From NCBI GenBank assembly GCA_036381415.1, contig DASVCV010000007.1, positions 1,229 to 65,228 of the forward strand: DNA of 64,000 nucleotides, in the 5' to 3' direction. The position numbers and the translations under genes were made by a program. The notes below the pieces were generated by a model, which did not search any database, was not told the origin of the DNA, and was given only the letters and a program-made list of their open reading frames with translations. Positions 49,318 to 58,341 of this stretch are shown one piece after another. How positions within the stretch are numbered: position 1 is the first letter of the stretch; the number at the start of each line of letters is the position of its first letter. The DNA is from Patescibacteria group bacterium (GTDB taxonomy: Bacteria; Patescibacteriota; Microgenomatia; UBA8517).

Positions 49318-50396
49318 ATAAACCTTATTTGCATCCCATCCTGAACACGGGTAGCTAAAGATACTTCCTGGGCTGCAAACTTAGCCCCTTTACCCCAAAT
49401 CTTTGCTTTAGATTTGCCCTCCATAAACTCAGTTCCAATTTTATTTGCAACATCTTCTAAACTAAATTCTTTCTTTACAACTATTGGATTATCAAAATTA
49501 ACTTCATCTTCAGGTCTTACTAAATAAACTGTAACAAATCCCAGCTTTTCCCATATTGTTTCTTTAATAGCATCTATTCCATCTCCCTTTTCTGCACTGA
49601 TTAAATGTATTCTTTTGTCTATCTTCTCCTTTTCTTTTGCCTTCATGGTATCTGCCTTATTTACAACATAAATTGCAGGTACATATATTCTGTTTTTAGA
49701 AAAAGCATCAATAAGCCTTTCAATTGTCAGCTTCTCATTTATTTTTATCTCTCCATTTTTAATTCCCAATTCTCTTGCCACTTCTTTAACAGTTTCTCTG
49801 TCCAAATCCTGCTTAATGTTTGAGTGGACTAAAAGCCCACCACCAAGCTTTTTCTCATACTTAATATCAGGTGGTGTTTTATTAATTCTAATTCCAGCAT
49901 TTTCTAGCTCTTTTACAAGTTTTTTAAGAAAATCTAATCTTTTGGGGTCTGTAATAAAAACAAGTAAATCAGCAGCTCTTGCTACTGATAACACTTCCTT
50001 TCCTCTTCCTTTTCCTTCCTGAGCTCCTTCAATAAGTCCAGGGACATCAAGTATCTGAATATATGCTTGCCTATATTTAAGCATACCTGGAATTACTGAA
50101 ACAGTTGTAAATGCATATGGAGCAACCTTGCTTTCAGCATTTGTAAGTTTATTTATTAAAGTAGATTTTCCTGCTGAAGGAGGTCCAATTAGTACAACCG
50201 TTGCATCTCCTTGCTTCTTAACAGCATAGCCTCCACCTCCTCCACCCCCCTTTTTAGCGTTACCCGCAACAATCTTATCTTTAAGCCTAGCAATACGTGC
50301 CCTTAGCATTCCAATATGATGCTCAGTACCTTTGTGGTAGGGAGTTTCTCTAATCTCCTTTTCAATATCTTCAATCTGGCGTGTAATTTCCTCCAT
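49314..50396 (-). CDS. DRG/Rbg-type OBG-family GTPase with TGS domain
   Basis: N-terminal 'EIRETPYHKGTEHHIGMLRARIARL', GPPSAGKS, YAFTT, DVPGLIEGA..GKGRG, NKAD. Confidence 0.9.
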   Translation of the reverse strand: MEEITRQIEDIEKEIRETPYHKGTEHHIGMLRARIARLKDKIVAGNAKKGGGGGGGYAVKKQGDATVVLIGPPSAGKSTLINKLTNAESKVAPYAFTTVSVIPGMLKYRQAYIQILDVPGLIEGAQEGKGRGKEVLSVARAADLLVFITDPKRLDFLKKLVKELENAGIRINKTPPDIKYEKKLGGGLLVHSNIKQDLDRETVKEVARELGIKNGEIKINEKLTIERLIDAFSKNRIYVPAIYVVNKADTMKAKEKEKIDKRIHLISAEKGDGIDAIKETIWEKLGFVTVYLVRPEDEVNFDNPIVVKKEFSLEDVANKIGTEFMEGKSKAKIWGKGAKFAAQEVSLATRVQDGMQIRFI

Positions 50397-50442
50397 AAAT
50401 ACCCTTTAGTGTATAATTATACCTGAAATAAGGGTTAAATTC

Positions 50443-50514
50443 GCGCCTGTAGCTCAACGGATAGAGCAATTGTCTTCGGAACAATTTGTGAGGGTTCAAT
50501 TCCTTCCAGGCGCA
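50443..50514 (+). tRNA. tRNA-Arg(TCG)
   Basis: ATTGT-CTTCGGA-ACAAT. Confidence 0.93.
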
Positions 50515-50521
50515 CAGAAGT

Positions 50522-51079
50522 CTATATTCCTTTATCTTTAGGTTCCCTATTAAAAGCTACTGAAAGAAAAACTGCTCCAAATTTACCCAAACGTTTAATT
50601 CCTCTTAACTCATTAAAACTTGCTTTTCTAATATCCCCTACTGTTTCATATTGATAAACTAGTCCTGAATCGCTTGACCCAAAACAGCGAAGTGCAGCAT
50701 TAATAGAAGAAATAACTAAATGAGCATCGGAGGTATCTAAATCCAGTAAGTTAAGGAGTTTAAACCACTCAGGGTATTTTTCTTTTCCTATTGGAATTGG
50801 TCTAAAAACCCTTTCATATCTTTTGCTGGCAAGATCTTCTAATCTTGCATTGTCTTCAACTTTTCCTCCAAACCCATCTCTTATCTTTACTGCCAAATCA
50901 ATAACTTCCAATTCCCTATCTACATCGCGTTCCTGCTTACTTTTTTTATCTGTTGATTTAAGGCTATATGGGAGTTTTCCTTCTTCTAATAGGCGGTCAG
51001 CAACTTCACCAAGAGTTTCTGCAGCTTCTGGATGGGTAATTTTAAGTTCTTCTAAAAACTTGCCAAGTTCAACAGCCAT
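50522..51079 (-). CDS. Hypothetical protein with C-terminal RNAP alpha-CTD/HhH-like segment
   Basis: 'ETVGDIRKASFNELRGIKRLGKFG'. Confidence 0.55.
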   Translation of the reverse strand: MAVELGKFLEELKITHPEAAETLGEVADRLLEEGKLPYSLKSTDKKSKQERDVDRELEVIDLAVKIRDGFGGKVEDNARLEDLASKRYERVFRPIPIGKEKYPEWFKLLNLLDLDTSDAHLVISSINAALRCFGSSDSGLVYQYETVGDIRKASFNELRGIKRLGKFGAVFLSVAFNREPKDKGI

Positions 51080-51179
51080 GAGGGCTATTATAACAAAGAC
51101 AATTTAAAATTAAATACCTAAACCTCATCCTTGACAGAATAGACTATCTAAGTGTTATCCTATCAAGGGTTAGTAATTA

Positions 51180-51572
51180 ATGGCTGTTGAAAATAGTTTA
51201 GGTAAAATAGAATCTTTTCAATCTTCTAGTTCGTTAACACCCACTTTAACCAAAGAAACTACTGTAGAAGGAAGCAAAGACAATGACGTTTGGATAAGTA
51301 ACAGGTTGCTAAATATGGTTAGAATAGTTCTTCCCACTTCTCTCCAAAACACTCTTTTCCCACATCCTAAAAATGGTGAGCTCTATTTGGGATTTGATAG
51401 TAAAGGAAAGAATGAATTTTTTCTTTACAAAGGTGATCCTAATAATCAGCTGGAAAAAGACAAGTTTGCCCAAAAGCACGGTGAAAGGTGGAGTGAACCG
51501 CTTAATGGATGGGTAGCTAAAAAAGAAGTACCTCCTTTAGCCAAAAGAATAATAAATTTTATTATTGACTAA
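51180..51572 (+). CDS. Hypothetical protein
   Basis: 130-aa ORF behind a promoter that copies the pyrG promoter. Confidence 0.6.
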   Translation: MAVENSLGKIESFQSSSSLTPTLTKETTVEGSKDNDVWISNRLLNMVRIVLPTSLQNTLFPHPKNGELYLGFDSKGKNEFFLYKGDPNNQLEKDKFAQKHGERWSEPLNGWVAKKEVPPLAKRIINFIID

Positions 51573-52791
51573 AATTAATAAATCTTTCCAGGTTGTTAAC
51601 AGCACCATATGCTCTTGCTTCTTCAATTGTCACACTTGTTACAAAATTTCTTGGATCTATCCCCAAACACCTCATTAACTCTGGTGTGACCCTCTTAGAT
51701 CTTTCAGTAATATCTTCATTTGTTAGTCCAAAGCTACTTAGCTCTTTGTCAGAATCAGAATGTGCCTGGGATGGAGCCAATCTGTTAGCTGACCAATTCC
51801 ACCATGTACATGCTGAGTCTGCCGCCTCACCATATACTACTTTCCTTAACTCTAGGTATGCTGGATCAACTGAAGCTTGTGGTACATCCATAAATGGAGG
51901 ACATGCATAAAAATCTGGCTCTTTTGCATGAAGAATAGAAGAAGATGTAAATATTGTTGTTTTAACTCCCTGTGCTGCTGCAATCTGAGAAATAACTACT
52001 GCCCCTTCAAGGGTAGCAAGAGGGGCAAATACTACCAAATCTGTTAGGTGATGGTCTCCTCCATTTAACTTTCCAATCTCTGCTAGATGAGAATTAAAAG
52101 ATTCAACTATTTGCATCCCGGAAGCATATAAGTCGCATATTGCAATTACTTTGCATTTTTCTGCATCAAGACCTTCTGCCTTTAAATTCCCTGCCTGTGC
52201 TATTCTATGAAAAACATTTTTCGGATCATCATCAAAAATATGCTCAATTTTTTGTTCAGTGGTATTTACACTCATTCCAGTTAAGAGATATATAGCTTCC
52301 TGCAAGTTAACATTGGGGTTTCTAATTATGTCTGTGATAAAAATTTCTTTTTCTAAATCAGAAGGCAATATATTTATAAAATCTAATGTCTGAACTAGTT
52401 GCCTAGTTAGTTCTCTAATGTTTCTTTGCATAGGGACTCCATGGTCCATTCTTGGAGTTATAAAACCAATACTTCCATCCTCGCGAACCTTCCATCTTCC
52501 ATGAATCATGGCATTGGCCTCAGGAGTATTTACGCAAACTATTCTTGGACTTTCAATTCCTTCAGGAAAGCCGGGAATATTTAAAGTTGCAACCATTTCA
52601 GTAGATCGAAATATCTTCTCATCTTTCCCTCTTAATTTGAAAAAATTTCTGTCTCTTGATACTTCTAAATCACGATAGAAGAATGGCCCAGAAGATATTT
52701 CCATAATTTTAGGCAAATCCTCATTTCCAAATTTTCCTTCTGAAACAGTTTTAAAATCTTTTGTCCTAGCTGTTTTTATTTCAACACTCAT
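51562..52791 (-). CDS. Divergent type I phosphoribosyltransferase-like protein
   Basis: PRPP-loop-like VIAICDLYASGMQI; divergently transcribed from pyrG. Confidence 0.5.
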   Translation of the reverse strand: MSVEIKTARTKDFKTVSEGKFGNEDLPKIMEISSGPFFYRDLEVSRDRNFFKLRGKDEKIFRSTEMVATLNIPGFPEGIESPRIVCVNTPEANAMIHGRWKVREDGSIGFITPRMDHGVPMQRNIRELTRQLVQTLDFINILPSDLEKEIFITDIIRNPNVNLQEAIYLLTGMSVNTTEQKIEHIFDDDPKNVFHRIAQAGNLKAEGLDAEKCKVIAICDLYASGMQIVESFNSHLAEIGKLNGGDHHLTDLVVFAPLATLEGAVVISQIAAAQGVKTTIFTSSSILHAKEPDFYACPPFMDVPQASVDPAYLELRKVVYGEAADSACTWWNWSANRLAPSQAHSDSDKELSSFGLTNEDITERSKRVTPELMRCLGIDPRNFVTSVTIEEARAYGAVNNLERFINFSQ

Positions 52792-52899
52792 TTATGCCCC
52801 TTAACAAAGGAGATTAATATACACAATAACCCCTTGTCAACAACTCATCCTTGACAGATCTATTGACTAGTGTGTTAATGTAACAAGGGCAATTACTTA

Positions 52900-54660
52900 A
52901 TGAAGTATATTTTTGTTTCTGGTGGAGTTGTATCAGGCCTTGGCAAAGGTGTAACAACTGCCTCTCTTGCTTTTCTTCTCAAATCACGCGGTTTCAGAGT
53001 CACTCCAGTTAAAATTGATATGTATCTAAATGTGGATGCAGGAACTATTCGTCCCCAGGAACATGGTGAAGTTTTTGTAACACATGATGGAATAGAATCG
53101 GATGAGGATTTAGGTCACTATGAAAGGTTCTTGCACGAAAATCTCACAAGAACAAACTACATTACAACCGGCCAGATCTATCAGGAAGTAATTAGAAAAG
53201 AAAGAGCTTTTGAATACCAAGGAGAAGATGTTGAGGCAATTCCCCATGTAACTGATGAAATAATTAGAAGAATTAGACTGGCAGGAGAAACAAATAAATC
53301 AGAAATAATTATTGTGGAGTTGGGAGGAACTGTAGGTGAATATCAAAATGGCATTTTCTATGAAGCCTCCCGCATACTTCATTTAAAAGAACCAAGAAAT
53401 GTAATCCATGTTCATGTTACTTATCTTCCCTATCTTCCTCATATTGGAGAACTAAAAAGTAAGCCAGCTCAAACAAGTGTCAGAATTTTAAATGGGATGG
53501 GAATTCAACCAGATATTATGGTTGCAAGATCTGAAAATAAAATTGACAAAAGAAGGCTTGAGCGTCTAGCTCTTTTTTGCAATATGAAGCCAAACTGTAT
53601 TTTCTCAGCCCCTAATTTAGATACTATTTACCAGGTACCTCTCCTTTTCCATAAACCCCAGCAGCATCTTGCAACAACCTGCCTTAATCTCTTAAGTCTT
53701 AAAAGCAATCACCACAGAAATCTTTCTTCTTGGCAAAAAATGGCAAACAGATCTCTTAAAAAATGGAAGGATAAATTAAAAATTGCAATGGTAGGCAAAT
53801 ATTTTGCAACAGGAGACTATAAGCTGGTTGACTCATATGTTTCAGTTGTAGAAGCAGTAAGGCATGCCTCCTGGTTTTTGGGTGTTGAACCAGTTTTTGA
53901 GTGGATTGACAGTGAAGAAATAGAGAAAAAAGGAACAGATATGTTAAGAGAATTTGATGGAATAGTAGTTCCCCAAGGATGGGGCTCAAGAGGAACAGAA
54001 GGAAAAATAAAAGCAGCAAGGTTCGCTAGAGAAAACAAAATACCATATCTTGGACTTTGTTTTGGAATGCAAATGGCGACCATTGAATTTGCACGAAATG
54101 TCCTTAAATTAAAAGATGCAAACACAACAGAAGCAAATCCCAAAACTTCTCATCCTGTAATTCATATCATGCCAAATCAGCAGGAATACCTTGCTAAAAA
54201 ACAATATGGAGGAACAATTAGATTGGGAGCTTGGCCATGTGCAATTAAAAAAGGAACAATTCTTGAAAAATCATACCTTAAATATGGGGACGAAAAAGAA
54301 GCTCCTTGGAATAAACCAAGAAACAAAGATGATTCCTATCCATCCAAAAAGAATCTGGTTATTTTTGAAAGACACAGACATAGATATGAGTTTAATAATA
54401 AATTTAAAGAAAAATATGAAAAAGCAGGGTTTGTTTTTTCAGGTACTTCCCCAGATGGAAAACTAGTTGAAGCAATTGAACTTAAAGATCACCCATTCTT
54501 TGTAGGTACCCAGTATCATCCAGAATATATAAGCAGGCCTCTTACCCCTCATCCAATATTTGTTTCTTTCATGCAAACAATGTTGAGCCTAAAAAAAATG
54601 AAAAATAAAGAAGCAAACAATAGCAACACAAAAACAAAAATTGAATTCGCAGTTAATTAA
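52900..54660 (+). CDS. pyrG: CTP synthase
   Basis: GGVVSGLGKG, GGTVG, KSKPAQ, GLCFGMQ, RHRHRYE, QYHPE. Confidence 0.97.
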   Translation: MKYIFVSGGVVSGLGKGVTTASLAFLLKSRGFRVTPVKIDMYLNVDAGTIRPQEHGEVFVTHDGIESDEDLGHYERFLHENLTRTNYITTGQIYQEVIRKERAFEYQGEDVEAIPHVTDEIIRRIRLAGETNKSEIIIVELGGTVGEYQNGIFYEASRILHLKEPRNVIHVHVTYLPYLPHIGELKSKPAQTSVRILNGMGIQPDIMVARSENKIDKRRLERLALFCNMKPNCIFSAPNLDTIYQVPLLFHKPQQHLATTCLNLLSLKSNHHRNLSSWQKMANRSLKKWKDKLKIAMVGKYFATGDYKLVDSYVSVVEAVRHASWFLGVEPVFEWIDSEEIEKKGTDMLREFDGIVVPQGWGSRGTEGKIKAARFARENKIPYLGLCFGMQMATIEFARNVLKLKDANTTEANPKTSHPVIHIMPNQQEYLAKKQYGGTIRLGAWPCAIKKGTILEKSYLKYGDEKEAPWNKPRNKDDSYPSKKNLVIFERHRHRYEFNNKFKEKYEKAGFVFSGTSPDGKLVEAIELKDHPFFVGTQYHPEYISRPLTPHPIFVSFMQTMLSLKKMKNKEANNSNTKTKIEFAVN

Positions 54661-54746
54661 AATTAAATTCAATTTATTATTCCTCTAGCCCTAAACCACC
54701 CTCCTCTTGGCCATACACATAGGCACATGGTAAAATACTGCTATAC

Positions 54747-54831
54747 GCCGAGGTGGTGGAATGGTAGACACGCGGGCCTTAAGAGCCCGTGCAGCAATAG
54801 CTGCGTGGAGGTTCGAGTCCTCTCCTCGGCA
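54747..54831 (+). tRNA. tRNA-Leu(TAA), G37
   Basis: CGGGC-CTTAAGA-GCCCG and a long variable arm. Confidence 0.95.
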
Positions 54832-54842
54832 CAAGAACTTTC

Positions 54843-54915
54843 CGGGGTATGGCTCAGCTGGTAGAGCGCCTCGTTTGGGACGAGGAGGTCGCCCGTTCGA
54901 ATCGGGCTACCCCGA
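54843..54915 (+). tRNA. tRNA-Pro(TGG)
   Basis: CCTCG-TTTGGGA-CGAGG. Confidence 0.95.
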
Positions 54916-54943
54916 CACAACTTTTGGTATAATACTCAAAGAA

Positions 54944-55014
54944 GCGGGTATGGTTTAATGGTAGAACAAGAGATTTCCAATCTCTTTGTGGGAGTTCGAT
55001 TCTCCCTACCCGCT
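54944..55014 (+). tRNA. tRNA-Gly(TCC)
   Basis: AGAGA-TTTCCAA-TCTCT, U73. Confidence 0.95.
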
Positions 55015-55033
55015 CAGAAAGAAAGTCAGCGGG

Positions 55034-55167
55034 TCGCGCTCGGAAATGGGGCGAGCGCGAAGTTTCCGAATACACCGTATCGAAGCCCGGATTGTAATTT
55101 GGGGAGATATGACGCCTTTAAAAGAAAAAACTCGAAACGTAAAATTTTGATCCCGCCTCGCGGGATC
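55034..55167. repeat. Two GC-rich inverted repeats at the island boundary
   Basis: TCGCGCTCG/CGAGCGCGA (55034-55060) and GATCCCGC/GCGGGATC (55149-55167). Confidence 0.75.
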
Positions 55168-55248
55168 CGCGTTATATTTTTATCCTAGCTCGTGAAGTGT
55201 TTTCTTCAACTACCACTCTTTATATAAAACTAGGAGAATCAAATAAAC

Positions 55249-56364
55249 TCAAGGGTAGCTCAAAACATTTTTCAGTCTTGGATACAAGATAACATCTTTA
55301 ATGTCATCCCTACAAAGAGCCCATGCAATAAATCTTTCTACTCCAAGTCCAAATCCGGAAGTGGTCTTATAATTAGGGAGCCTTCTTAGGTTTATGTACC
55401 ATTCATACGGTTTTGAATCTAATCCCTGTCTTCTCAATGATTCATACATCTCTTCAGGATTGTTTTGTCTCTGTCCACTTCCAACAATTTCTCCACCAAA
55501 TGAACTATCTACAATTGCCGGAAATAACAAATCTGCATTTATGGCTTTATTTTCATTGTTACTGTCAGGACTCTGATAAAAAGGAACTCTGTCTCTGTCA
55601 AAACTTTTAATCCAAATCGGAGTGCCTGTTTTTAACAATTCCATTAGTTTAAGTTCACCTCTACTCGTCACATCTGAACCGTGTTCCGTTTTATTTACAA
55701 ATTCTCCAAAGCCAGCATCCTCAAGAAGTTTAATAGCTTCATCTAAAGATATTTCTTTAAGTTTGTCCGCTTTCGATAAGTCATTGAGTTTTTTAAATGA
55801 AACCTTAGAATTTGTTGTTAATAAGTCCAATATATTTGGCATTAACAAAAGTGTTTCTGAAAGAAACTTTACATAACCTTCTATTTGCGGTCTCAAATCC
55901 TTCAATTCCCCAACAATTTCGGCTTCGCAATGAAAAAATTGATTGAGATGTCTTTTATTAGGATCTTCCCCTCTCATTGAAGGTAAATAACAATATAATT
56001 TCTTGATGTTATTTAAAAGTATTGGCTCAAAACCAAATTGAGATGAATCTACCAAAAATGTATCAAGTTCTCCTAGTTTAAGACGCACCGCTTCTGAATC
56101 AGAACCAGGACCCATTGGCGAAGAAACGCTAGATGTTAACATGAATAAATCCACATTGTAGGCAGCTTGCATTTCTCCCCAATAAACATCTGATGCCAAT
56201 TTTATAAAATGTCTTAACACAACTAGAGCTTGGTAATAACCAGCCTTCGCAATATCTAAAGAATAAGTATCTTTATTATATTCAGGCAAGACGTAGTCAT
56301 CTTTATTTTTATCTGCAAATAAAGCGTCAGCTTCTTGTATTTTATTTTTTAAATCTGTTTTCAT
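55249..56364 (-). CDS. AsnRS-like class II synthetase paralog without anticodon domain (asparagine synthetase AsnRS2-like adenylating enzyme)
   Basis: SSPMGPGSDS, motif 2 MRGEDPNKRHLNQF, GEIVGSGQR, motif 3 SGFGLGVERF. No N-terminal OB fold. Confidence 0.85.
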   Translation of the reverse strand: MKTDLKNKIQEADALFADKNKDDYVLPEYNKDTYSLDIAKAGYYQALVVLRHFIKLASDVYWGEMQAAYNVDLFMLTSSVSSPMGPGSDSEAVRLKLGELDTFLVDSSQFGFEPILLNNIKKLYCYLPSMRGEDPNKRHLNQFFHCEAEIVGELKDLRPQIEGYVKFLSETLLLMPNILDLLTTNSKVSFKKLNDLSKADKLKEISLDEAIKLLEDAGFGEFVNKTEHGSDVTSRGELKLMELLKTGTPIWIKSFDRDRVPFYQSPDSNNENKAINADLLFPAIVDSSFGGEIVGSGQRQNNPEEMYESLRRQGLDSKPYEWYINLRRLPNYKTTSGFGLGVERFIAWALCRDDIKDVILYPRLKNVLSYP

Positions 56365-56366
56365 AT

Positions 56367-57194
56367 TTATTTCTTTAAGAAAAATTCCTTTTCTTCAGGA
56401 TAGATGTTCTTTCTAAATAGAGCGACAAAATAAGACAGATATTTGTTATTTTCCATGAAAGCACCCATATATCCGAGCCATTTATCGTAAATTTCTTTTT
56501 TAATATCATCATCTAATTTAGCAATATGCGGTTTCTTTAAAAATAGATTTACGTAATTTTCCAAGTCTTTCTTGGTTCTATCCTCGAATTTAAATTCTTC
56601 AAAATAATACAATTCATAATCACTATTGGTGTTAAAGATCTTAAGCCAATCCTGCTTATTTAGATATTTTATTTTTGCATTAATAATCTTACTTACAGAA
56701 TTCATTACCTCTATTGGTGGCTTTTGGCTATAAAACAATTGGGTAACAGCTAAAAATCCCCATGGTTTTAAAACTCTGAAATATTCGCTTACGGCTTTGT
56801 TTTTATTGTCCATGAACGAAGTAGCGCCACCACACATTACTAAATCAAAGAAGTTGTCTTTAAAAGGGATGTTATATGCTGATCCAACTTTAAAACCTAC
56901 TCTTTTCTTTACATCTTCTGTGTCCTTGTTAAGGGTATTAATAGATTCATTTACACAGCTTTCTGAAATATCTATCCCGTAAACTTTAGATTTTGTGATA
57001 TGAGCGAATTCTAAAGAATTAAATCCGGTATTCGAACCCACATCTAATATTCTGGAGTTTTCGCCCAAAAAACTATTTTGCACAATTCTTCTAATTGAAT
57101 CCTTACCTCCAGGGCATCTATTTGTTTCTTTAATAAACGAAATAAAATCAGTATAAGACAAGGATTTTATGTACTCCGTTGTTATTTTGTTCAT
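56367..57194 (-). CDS. Class I SAM-dependent methyltransferase
   Basis: ILDVGSNTG, GIDIS, IPFKDNFFDLV, RVLKPWG. Confidence 0.9.
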   Translation of the reverse strand: MNKITTEYIKSLSYTDFISFIKETNRCPGGKDSIRRIVQNSFLGENSRILDVGSNTGFNSLEFAHITKSKVYGIDISESCVNESINTLNKDTEDVKKRVGFKVGSAYNIPFKDNFFDLVMCGGATSFMDNKNKAVSEYFRVLKPWGFLAVTQLFYSQKPPIEVMNSVSKIINAKIKYLNKQDWLKIFNTNSDYELYYFEEFKFEDRTKKDLENYVNLFLKKPHIAKLDDDIKKEIYDKWLGYMGAFMENNKYLSYFVALFRKNIYPEEKEFFLKK

Positions 57195-57284
57195 ATAACT
57201 CTTTCGTGGATATTATTATCTCACAAACCCATCATAAGCCCAAATTTAGGGCAATAGGGACATTTATTGATATAATATCTGACA

Positions 57285-58325
57285 ATGGCGAATCTAAACA
57301 AACATGACGTTCTGTTTTTGAGCTCAAATAAGTATAAGAGTCTGGCGGTTCTTATTGAAAAAAGTTATGACTTAAAAATAGATTCTGTGGAATTTCCTTC
57401 ATTTATTTCTTTCACATCACGAAAAGCAATAATTCACACCAATAAAGGCATTTTCTTCCTCAAAGAAAAACCACAATATTCTGATGATAAATTATCAAGA
57501 GAGAAATCCGCTAGTTTCCAAAAATACGCAAGCACAAAACTAGATATTGTGCCTAAAATTTTAACCACAGTAAGTGGTCAAGACTACATCCTATGGAAAA
57601 AACGATATTTTTTCTTAACTGAATATAAGGAAGGCAGAACATATAACGGATCCGATTCTGACGTTAAAGCCATGTTAATCGCCTTACAAAAGCTAAACAA
57701 TTGTGGAAAAGATTTTGTTAGTGAAAAAGATATTTCCCAAAATATAATAAAGAAAATTGAATCTTACGAAGTCGCCTCACTTGTTCCTTTAATCGAGAAA
57801 TACATTAAATCTGATTCTGAAAAGGAAACTTATCAGCGCATACTGAAGCTTTTTGAAAAATTGAAATCTGAATATCTTGAAATTCCAAAATCAGAATATC
57901 TGATGAGCCATTCTGACTTCATTGTGTTTAATTTAATTTTTAAAAACGACAAAGTTTTGGCGATAAACGATTTTGATAATGCAAAATGTTTACCAAAGAT
58001 TCATGACTTGGCAGAATTTTTAGTTTCAGCAACCTTGCTTAATTACAATGGTTCGGTTACCAATATGAAATTGCCAGTATTACTTAATCCCGATAAGAGT
58101 AAGTTCCAAATTATTACTAAATCTTACGCAAATGATTTCTCATTAAATAAGTCCGATTTTAAACTTTTGGCTGTAGTTGCAGAAATCGTTTGGGCTTGGA
58201 CGCTTTGTCTATCAATTCTAAAAGAAGACTATACGATTTCTGATTTAAGTCCTGTTATAAGTTTACTAGAAAAGAATTATCTGTCAGGCTTAATCCGTCA
58301 AAACTTTGAACTTGAGTCGTTTTAG
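57285..58325 (+). CDS. APH/homoserine kinase type II-like phosphotransferase A
   Basis: FLKEK and Brenner-type motif HSDFIVFNL...INDFD. Confidence 0.85.
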   Translation: MANLNKHDVLFLSSNKYKSLAVLIEKSYDLKIDSVEFPSFISFTSRKAIIHTNKGIFFLKEKPQYSDDKLSREKSASFQKYASTKLDIVPKILTTVSGQDYILWKKRYFFLTEYKEGRTYNGSDSDVKAMLIALQKLNNCGKDFVSEKDISQNIIKKIESYEVASLVPLIEKYIKSDSEKETYQRILKLFEKLKSEYLEIPKSEYLMSHSDFIVFNLIFKNDKVLAINDFDNAKCLPKIHDLAEFLVSATLLNYNGSVTNMKLPVLLNPDKSKFQIITKSYANDFSLNKSDFKLLAVVAEIVWAWTLCLSILKEDYTISDLSPVISLLEKNYLSGLIRQNFELESF

Positions 58326-58341
58326 ACTATAATCACTAAAT

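Noticed and set aside
54761-55188. ORFs 54761-54958, 54854-55075 and 54958-55188
   Set aside because: Spurious translations of tRNA genes and the GC-rich spacer.
55249-56364. Canonical asparaginyl-tRNA synthetase (asnS)
   Set aside because: No anticodon-binding OB fold and only 371 aa.
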